Assembly (NCBI GenBank): GCA_004554665.1
Contig: SFKY01000004.1
Span: forward strand, 1,081-65,080
Direction of reading: 5' to 3'
DNA length: 64,000 nucleotides
Source of the DNA: Bacteroidales bacterium
GTDB taxonomy: Bacteria; Bacteroidota; Bacteroidia; Bacteroidales; Bacteroidaceae
Below the pieces are notes generated by a model, which worked only from the letters and a program-made list of their open reading frames with translations, had not been told where the DNA came from and ran no database searches. This document shows positions 57,956 through 64,000 of this stretch, in pieces; within the stretch, counting starts at the first letter, position 1; every line of letters begins with the position of its first letter. Made by a program: the position numbers and the translations under genes.

Positions 57956-59557
57956 TTATTTCTTGGCACCGAAAAACGCTTGAGGTGCCTCTGCCGTGTA
58001 AGTCTTGCCGCCCACGGTGAGAGACGATTGTACGATGCTGGTGAGGCCACTGCCGTCTGAAGCGCCGCTTGGCAGTGCCGTAGCGGTGAAGTCCCAAGCC
58101 TCGTCGTACGAAGGATTGTCCAGTTTGTTGGTGTCGAGGGTATAGTTGGCGAACTTTACCCCCAGGTCGTTGGCTCCTTGGGCAATCTTGCTGTGGGCAT
58201 CCACGGCGTCGGAGTAGTTTTTGTTGCTGACGTAGTTGGCATAGGGCACGGTGGTGCCGTCGTCAATGTCTTGTTGCAGTGTGCTGACGATGCTGCTGGC
58301 CGCATAGCAGTTGTAGTCTATCACCGACTTGTCGTCGCAGCCGTCTGCCACACCGGGGATTCCCCATTTTGGTGCTTGTGCGCGATACTTACAGTTGACC
58401 ATCAGGTTGTTAAACACGTTGGCAAGGATGTTCTTCTCCACGTAGATGCAACCGCCTTTGGCACCGTCTCTACGCCAGCCGGCGTTGATGATGGTATTGT
58501 TGTAAGCCACACACTTCGACTGCCCGCGTCCAGCGACGTCATCCTGTCCAGCACTTGACAGTTTTAGTCCGTTGGTATTAGGACTGTACATGACATTGTA
58601 GGCCACTACCGTGCTGGTGCCGGCTTTCACGTTCACCGCCTCGCCTCCGGTGGCACCGTTGCCGGCGAATATGTTGTGTGTGATGATACCCTTGCCGCCC
58701 TGCATATAGATACCGTCTGCAAAGCCGTTGCGTATCACACAGTCGGTCACCACCAGCGAACCTTTATATTGCGGACCGGTGGTTATCTGCACGCCATAGT
58801 CCTCTCCGGCGGTATAGATTCCGGCGATGACCGATGGCGAGGTTTCTGTCATGGCGCATCCTGCGTACTCGATGATGCAGTGTGAGAACAGCGCCTCGGC
58901 ATTGGCGGCGCGGTTGTTGAGCATGAATCCTCCCCAGAGGTTCTTGCAGTTGGTCACGTTGGCATATGAGCGCTCAGAAGCCGGCACCGAGAAGAGGATG
59001 GGTGCCTCTTCTGTACCCTGGCAGTAGATATTGCCGTCTACAGTGAACTCGATACCTGTGCCGTTGCCATCGGATGAGTTGAAGATGACCTCCACGCCTT
59101 TCTCAATCGTCAGGCTCTTGTCGGCCGGTACCTTGAGCTGGCCGGTCACGGTCACGGTGGTGTAAGCCTCCCATGTGCCTGAAACCTCGCCAGAGGCAGA
59201 CATTGCCTTGTTGGTCACGCTCACGGTGAGCGTCTTGGCCAGTGAGGGGTTGGCTGCCGGAGTGGCGGTGATGGTGGCTGTACCGGGCTTCATGGCGGTT
59301 ACCACACCGTTGGCGACAGTAGCCACCTCGTCGTCAGAAGAAGTCCACACGACCGTCTTGTCGGTGACGGCTTCCGGAAAAAACTGTGCGTTCACGTTCA
59401 GCGTCTCTCCCGGTGTGAGGGTCGTGGCTGTCGGGTCGATGGCAAACTTGCTCAGTTCTACTGTCTTGTCATCCTCGTCGTCGCTGCATGCGGTCAGTGC
59501 CGTAGCAGATGCGATGGCAATGGCCATCAGCATCCATAGTCTCATCATTTTTTTCAT
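57956..59557 (-). CDS. Lipoprotein with Big_2 Ig-like domain and right-handed beta-helix region
   Basis: Lipobox LTAC-SDD; VVWTSSDDEVATVANGVVTA (Big_2); repeated YNNTIIN/FNNLMVN beta-helix motifs. Confidence 0.7.
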   Translation of the reverse strand: MKKMMRLWMLMAIAIASATALTACSDDEDDKTVELSKFAIDPTATTLTPGETLNVNAQFFPEAVTDKTVVWTSSDDEVATVANGVVTAMKPGTATITATPAANPSLAKTLTVSVTNKAMSASGEVSGTWEAYTTVTVTGQLKVPADKSLTIEKGVEVIFNSSDGNGTGIEFTVDGNIYCQGTEEAPILFSVPASERSYANVTNCKNLWGGFMLNNRAANAEALFSHCIIEYAGCAMTETSPSVIAGIYTAGEDYGVQITTGPQYKGSLVVTDCVIRNGFADGIYMQGGKGIITHNIFAGNGATGGEAVNVKAGTSTVVAYNVMYSPNTNGLKLSSAGQDDVAGRGQSKCVAYNNTIINAGWRRDGAKGGCIYVEKNILANVFNNLMVNCKYRAQAPKWGIPGVADGCDDKSVIDYNCYAASSIVSTLQQDIDDGTTVPYANYVSNKNYSDAVDAHSKIAQGANDLGVKFANYTLDTNKLDNPSYDEAWDFTATALPSGASDGSGLTSIVQSSLTVGGKTYTAEAPQAFFGAKK

Positions 59558-59587
59558 TGTTTTTAGTGATAAGTTATCTATCTGGTT

Positions 59588-62281
59588 TTATAGTTTCCAT
59601 CTTATGCCTGCGGTCAGGCTCACCCCGTTTTTCTCTTCGCGCTCCACCACGCCGCCATCGTATCTGCGCACGTTGGGCAGACTGGCATTGCGGTCATTGG
59701 CGTTATAGTAGCGTATCAGAGAGGTGTTGAGCATATTCTGAGCCTTGACAAATACGCTCCAGCCGCCCTTGAACTTCTTCTCTGCACTGGCATCGAGCTG
59801 CCATAGCGGAGCGTCCCAGCGGTCGTTTTGGTAGAATCTGTCAATCACCGCGATGCGTTTGCCGGTGTAGGAACCAGCCACTTGGGCATCCCAGCCCCGC
59901 TTGGAGTCCTTGTAGAGCAGGGAAGCGTTGAACACATGGGCTGCCTGTCCGAAGAGCGGGCGGCTCTGGTCGGCGTAGTCGGTATAGATGCTGCCGTCGG
60001 CTGCCGTCAGTTCGCGCAGTTTGGCGGTGGTTATCTTCGAGTGTGTATAGGTATAGTTGGCTTTGATGCCAAACCTGTTGAAGTATTTCATCACGTCCAC
60101 CTCCACGCCCCAGTTGGATGCATTGCCATAGTTGCCGGGTGTGTAGAATGTCTCTTGTCCTATGGCCGTCATTCCGTACTCGATAGGATTGTGGATGTCT
60201 TTGTAGAATATGCAGACCATCACTTGTTCGCTCTGTTGGGGAAAGAACTCGTAGCGGAGATCAAAGTTGTGTGCCACGGTGTGCTCGAGATTCGGGTTGC
60301 CGCACTCGTTGTAGTCCTCATTGATGATGTGGTAAGGCACAATCTCGAAGAAACTCGGCCGGTTGATGGCCTTGTAGTACGACAAGCGCAGGTTGGCGTT
60401 GTGGTGGATGACCCACTTGACGTGCGCGTCGGCCAAGAGATCCGTGTAGGATTGCTCGCCATCGTTGGCGGCCCCCTCTGTGGCGTAGAGCAGCGTGTAT
60501 CCCTGTCGGGTATGCTCTGCCCGCAGGCCTGCCACAATCTGCCACCGGCCTGCAGACCATGTCAGTTTGCCGTAGCCGGCCCCTATCTGCTCCGTCGCGT
60601 CATAGTTCATCGGGTCGGTGAGGCTGAAGCTCTTCAGCCTGAAGCGGATATCGTCGTAGTTCTCCCAATCGCTGCCCTTGAATTGGTCGTACGCCGCCTC
60701 CTTGCTGTCGTCGTAGGGTTGGAAGGTGTATTCATGGTAATAGCTGTGGCGCTGCTTGTCGCGGTACAGTCCTCCGGCAGCGATATGGATCGTGTGGCTG
60801 CCCAGCGCCAGCCTGTAGTCGAGGTCCAGATGGCCGGCAATGTCGCGGTCGGAGTTGTGTTCCCACCGGCGGATGGCTCCCACGTTTTTGTTGACCCATA
60901 CCGATGTTCCCTCCGAGTTGTGGTTCAGTTGTATCTGTGCATTGTCCGGCGTCTTCTGACGGGCTTCGGCCACGTTGGCCCCCCACTTCAGGGTCAGCTG
61001 CTCGCCGCTCAGCAACTTGTGCTCGCCCAAGAGCGAGGCGTTGGCGATACGCTGCTGCTGCCAGCGCAGGCGTAGGGTCTCGTCGAGCTCGCTGTATGCG
61101 TCGCGCGCCTGGGCATTGCGGAAGTCCATGTAGCCGCCGTAGAGCGCTATCTTATGCAGCGGGGTGAGGTAATAGTCCAGTTTCAGGTGCGCACCGATAC
61201 GTGTCTGGTTCTCCGAGAAATATCTGTTGGTGATACGCTGCACCCCGTCGTTGTCGGCGGTGGCATCGTACATGTCGCTGGTCTTACCCTTGTTGCTGTT
61301 GCGGAAGCTCAGCGCGGCGATGAGTCCCAGATGGTCGCGCAAGAAGCGGTCTCCGTAGGCGAATCCCGCTGCGATGTCGGGCAGCGGCTTGTGCGATTTC
61401 ACGTGCAGGTTGGCCGATGAGAAGTCGGTCTCGTCTGTCGGGTAGGCCGAGCCGAATCGTTCGTTGGGACTGCTGCCCACGATGTTGTCGTGTGCGAAAG
61501 ATTGGAAATCGTTGTCGAGGTAATGGGTGTTGTAGCCTGCCTGTACATTCAGGGTAAGCATGCGCTGGGAGGGTGCGTCCTTCATCACCATGTTGATGGC
61601 GCCACCCACGCCGTCGCCCTCCATGTCGGCGGTGAGCGACTTGGTCACCTCCAGTCGGTCGAGCAGCTCTGACGGGAAGATATCGAGCGGCACAAACCGG
61701 TTCTTGTTGTCCGGGCTGGGAATCTTCAGACCGTTTACAAGCGTGTAGTTGTAGCGCTTGTCCATGCCACGGAGGATGGCATACTGCCCCTCGCCAGCAC
61801 TGTTGCGCTCCATCGTCACTCCGCTCATGCGCTGGATGACATTGGCCACGGTCAGGACGGGCGACAGTTCGATAGCCTTGGCACTCATGATGTTGATCAC
61901 GTTCATGGCGTTGCGCTCCATCACCCTGGCACCTATCTCGGAGCAACCTGTGTTCTCGGCCACAATCTCCACCTCGCCCAGTGCCACGGCATCGGCCTCC
62001 AAGTCGATGTTCAGGTTGTCATCGTTGTGGTTCACCACCACCTCCTTGGTCTTGTAGCCCAGATAGCTGCACACCAGTGTGCAGGGGAAGCGCTGGAGCG
62101 TGAGCTGGAAACTGCCGTCCAGTCCTGTTGCCGTGCCTTTGCCGGCCACATTCTTGATGACGATAGAGGCACCGATGATTTCCTCACCCGAGGCCACGTC
62201 CTTGATTTTGCCTTTCACGATTCTTGCTTCCGCCCCGACTGCCATCAGCAGGAGCAGGGCCATCATCCATCCTGTTCTCAT
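59588..62281 (-). CDS. TonB-dependent receptor (non-SusC type) with CarboxypepD-like N-terminus
   Basis: GEEIIGASI, plug LRGMDKRYNYTLVNG...PLDIFPSELLDRLEVTKS, GNPNL. Confidence 0.9.
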   Translation of the reverse strand: MRTGWMMALLLLMAVGAEARIVKGKIKDVASGEEIIGASIVIKNVAGKGTATGLDGSFQLTLQRFPCTLVCSYLGYKTKEVVVNHNDDNLNIDLEADAVALGEVEIVAENTGCSEIGARVMERNAMNVINIMSAKAIELSPVLTVANVIQRMSGVTMERNSAGEGQYAILRGMDKRYNYTLVNGLKIPSPDNKNRFVPLDIFPSELLDRLEVTKSLTADMEGDGVGGAINMVMKDAPSQRMLTLNVQAGYNTHYLDNDFQSFAHDNIVGSSPNERFGSAYPTDETDFSSANLHVKSHKPLPDIAAGFAYGDRFLRDHLGLIAALSFRNSNKGKTSDMYDATADNDGVQRITNRYFSENQTRIGAHLKLDYYLTPLHKIALYGGYMDFRNAQARDAYSELDETLRLRWQQQRIANASLLGEHKLLSGEQLTLKWGANVAEARQKTPDNAQIQLNHNSEGTSVWVNKNVGAIRRWEHNSDRDIAGHLDLDYRLALGSHTIHIAAGGLYRDKQRHSYYHEYTFQPYDDSKEAAYDQFKGSDWENYDDIRFRLKSFSLTDPMNYDATEQIGAGYGKLTWSAGRWQIVAGLRAEHTRQGYTLLYATEGAANDGEQSYTDLLADAHVKWVIHHNANLRLSYYKAINRPSFFEIVPYHIINEDYNECGNPNLEHTVAHNFDLRYEFFPQQSEQVMVCIFYKDIHNPIEYGMTAIGQETFYTPGNYGNASNWGVEVDVMKYFNRFGIKANYTYTHSKITTAKLRELTAADGSIYTDYADQSRPLFGQAAHVFNASLLYKDSKRGWDAQVAGSYTGKRIAVIDRFYQNDRWDAPLWQLDASAEKKFKGGWSVFVKAQNMLNTSLIRYYNANDRNASLPNVRRYDGGVVEREEKNGVSLTAGIRWKL

Positions 62282-62307
62282 GAAGTCTGCCACTTGTCAG
62301 GTTTCTC

Positions 62308-63291
62308 TTATTTGGTTCTTTCGATGCGGTGCAGCGTGTTGCCTGCCTTGTCGATCATATACAGGCACAACCGCTGCCTGGTGGCGGAGAGTACCGAGAA
62401 TCCCTCGGACGGCGAGCAGTACACGGTGCCTGTCGTCTCGCTCACCTTGCGTGCCAGCGAGGCCGACGAGTTGACCACATAGTCGATGCCGTCGTTGCCG
62501 CGGCGGATATGCTGGAAGTTGTGGATATGTCCACATACATACATGGCCACCTTTTGCTTGTGCTTGTCGAGGATGGGCAGCAGCCTGCGCTGCATGTCGT
62601 CTTGCTCTATCATGTCTTTCTTGGTCTGTGCGTACATGGGATGGTGTCCTACCACCACCACCCAGTCTTCCTGCGCATCGCGTAGTGTCTGGTCTATCCA
62701 TGCCAGTTGTGCCTCCACGTCCTGTCCGTCCACATCGGGATAGGTGGTGCTGTGATGGTAGCGGTCTATCATAGGAGTGGTGTCGACAAACACCACACGC
62801 ACGCTCACCCGGTGGTCCTCATCGGCAAACACCCTACTGTAATAGCGCCCCTCCATCTGCCATCTGCGCGATACCTGACTGTAGTCGAGCACTGCTTGGG
62901 TATTGCCGCGGTACTCATGGTTGCCCAATACAGGCATCCAGGCAATCATCAGTTCGGGATGGGTATAGATGAGCTCATAGTTGGTCATCCACAGTGGGTC
63001 GGCTGTAGACCGTACGCCTTCAAAGTGATGTACATCGCCCAGGGCGAGGACAGCTTCAGGCCCCAGTTCGTCGGCCATCATGCCCATTAGTTCGGCGATA
63101 GGTTTCTGTTCATAGTATCCGTTACGTCCCAGGTCGTTGGCCAGAAACAGGGTCACCTCTCCCCGCATGATCTTCCATTGCTCTGGGTTTTGGGCGAGGG
63201 CGGTGGTACTTGTAATGAGGTTGGCTGCTATCGTCAGCATGACCAGCAGCCCGTGGCGCAAGGCGCTCTTCAGACCGAAGTTAATATCCAT
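62308..63291 (-). CDS. Secreted metallophosphoesterase (purple/tartrate-resistant acid phosphatase-like)
   Basis: NDLG, LGDVHH, GNHEY, GHHP, CGHIH metal-ligand motifs; signal peptide. Confidence 0.88.
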   Translation of the reverse strand: MDINFGLKSALRHGLLVMLTIAANLITSTTALAQNPEQWKIMRGEVTLFLANDLGRNGYYEQKPIAELMGMMADELGPEAVLALGDVHHFEGVRSTADPLWMTNYELIYTHPELMIAWMPVLGNHEYRGNTQAVLDYSQVSRRWQMEGRYYSRVFADEDHRVSVRVVFVDTTPMIDRYHHSTTYPDVDGQDVEAQLAWIDQTLRDAQEDWVVVVGHHPMYAQTKKDMIEQDDMQRRLLPILDKHKQKVAMYVCGHIHNFQHIRRGNDGIDYVVNSSASLARKVSETTGTVYCSPSEGFSVLSATRQRLCLYMIDKAGNTLHRIERTK

Positions 63292-63316
63292 TTTTTTAAT
63301 ATTTGGTTTTCGGCTG

Positions 63317-63395
63317 CAAAGGTATGGCATCCGTATTACAAGCAGGTGACAGCGGCATTAAAATGAAACGTCAATCAGGTTACAGAATGGTTACT
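63317..63395 (-). promoter_or_regulatory. -7 box (TACCTTTG) plus 11-bp-spaced GTTACA-like hexamers (Pho-box-like)
   Basis: CAAAGGTA 63317-63324; ATTACA 63335, GTGACA 63346, ATTAAA 63357, GTTACA 63379, GTTACT 63390. Confidence 0.6.
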
Positions 63396-63428
63396 GTCAC
63401 AAAAGGGCTATGATACCTACAAAAAAGC

Positions 63429-63487
63429 TAAAGGTGGCATTTGGCACCCGTAAATGCCATCTTTAGCCTGTCTAAATGCCGCAAATA
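63429..63487. repeat. REP-like family A, locus 6
   Basis: Units at 63429, 63451, 63473. Confidence 0.75.
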
Positions 63488-63490
63488 GAC

Positions 63491-63554
63491 ATCCCCGATG
63501 CCCTCCTTGCATTCCCGACAGATAAAAGGGGGATGCAAGCAGTGCATCGGGGAT
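63491..63554 (-). terminator. Long hairpin after the GH3 gene
   Basis: ATCCCCGATGC...CTTGCATTCCC...GGGGATGCAAG...GCATCGGGGAT. Confidence 0.6.
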
Positions 63555-63594
63555 AATGCTTTTTTGCCTGTATTGGCCGTGGCAGAATGGGAGG

Positions 63595-63999
63595 CTACAG
63601 TTTGCCGGCCACCTTTTCCAGCACCTTGTCGGCCTCTATGTGCAGCGAGGTGTGTGCCTTGGTGTCGCGCGAGTTGGCGGCCACCTCGATGGGGTAGTCG
63701 CCGGCAGCGAGCACCCATGCGTTTTGTGTCTCGTCAAAGTATGACAGGTCGCGCGGCGTGAAGCGGATGCGCAGCGTCTCGGCCTCGCCCGGTTTCAGCA
63801 TGCGCGTCTTCCCAAATCCGATAAGCTGGTGTTTCAGGTCGCGCACCGGAGCGTAGAGCTGCACCACCTCCTTGCCGGCACAGTTGCCCGTGTTGGTTAC
63901 GCGCACGCTCACCTCGTAGCCGCCCTCGGGCAGTGCCTTGCATTGTGCGTCGGCGTAGCCGAATTGGGTGTAGCTGAGTCCGTAGCCGAAGGGATAGCT
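63595..63999 (-). CDS. GH3 glycosidase, C-terminal part (5' end outside the window)
   Basis: YPFGYGLSYT, VTNTGNCAGKEVVQLY, LIGFGKT. Confidence 0.88.
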   Translation of the reverse strand, partial: SYPFGYGLSYTQFGYADAQCKALPEGGYEVSVRVTNTGNCAGKEVVQLYAPVRDLKHQLIGFGKTRMLKPGEAETLRIRFTPRDLSYFDETQNAWVLAAGDYPIEVAANSRDTKAHTSLHIEADKVLEKVAGKL

Positions 64000-64000
64000 C

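Noticed and set aside
1..64000. tRNA, rRNA, riboswitch, transposase or integrase genes
   Set aside because: No recognisable signatures were seen in the intergenic regions or ORF translations; an Infernal/tRNAscan run would be needed to exclude divergent RNAs.

Overview
Bacteroidota chromosomal window, most likely Prevotella-like: GC-rich genes, AT-rich spacers, TAnnTTTG -7 promoters and SusC/SusD systems. It holds about 38 CDSs. Housekeeping genes include pnp, ndk, gpmI, ung, hrpB, a DEAD-box helicase and an S46 dipeptidyl peptidase. Glycan enzymes include GH3 x2, GH29, GH95, GH106, GH97, a GH63-like hydrolase and a sialate O-acetylesterase. There are also two divergent SusC/SusD pairs and a phosphatase-TonB receptor-lipoprotein cluster. 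I found no rRNA, tRNA, CRISPR array, transposase or integrase. The most notable non-coding signals are: (1) a perfect 28-bp inverted repeat that contains the susC start codon and flanks a 283-bp promoter segment between the divergent susC genes, with a third imperfect copy at the other susC start (candidate invertible promoter/shufflon); (2) a shared 11-bp-period GTTACA-like array at the same distance from the -7 box upstream of a phosphate-porin-like gene and the phosphatase cluster (candidate Pho regulon); (3) several distinct repeat arrays (a 9-bp-period ACAAC/GTTGT array, two 22-bp-period palindromic REP-like families, a 4x23-bp array before an AAA_14/DUF4143 ATPase, and a 3x85-bp promoter-bearing repeat before ung). 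All product calls come from motif recognition by eye; no database searches were run.
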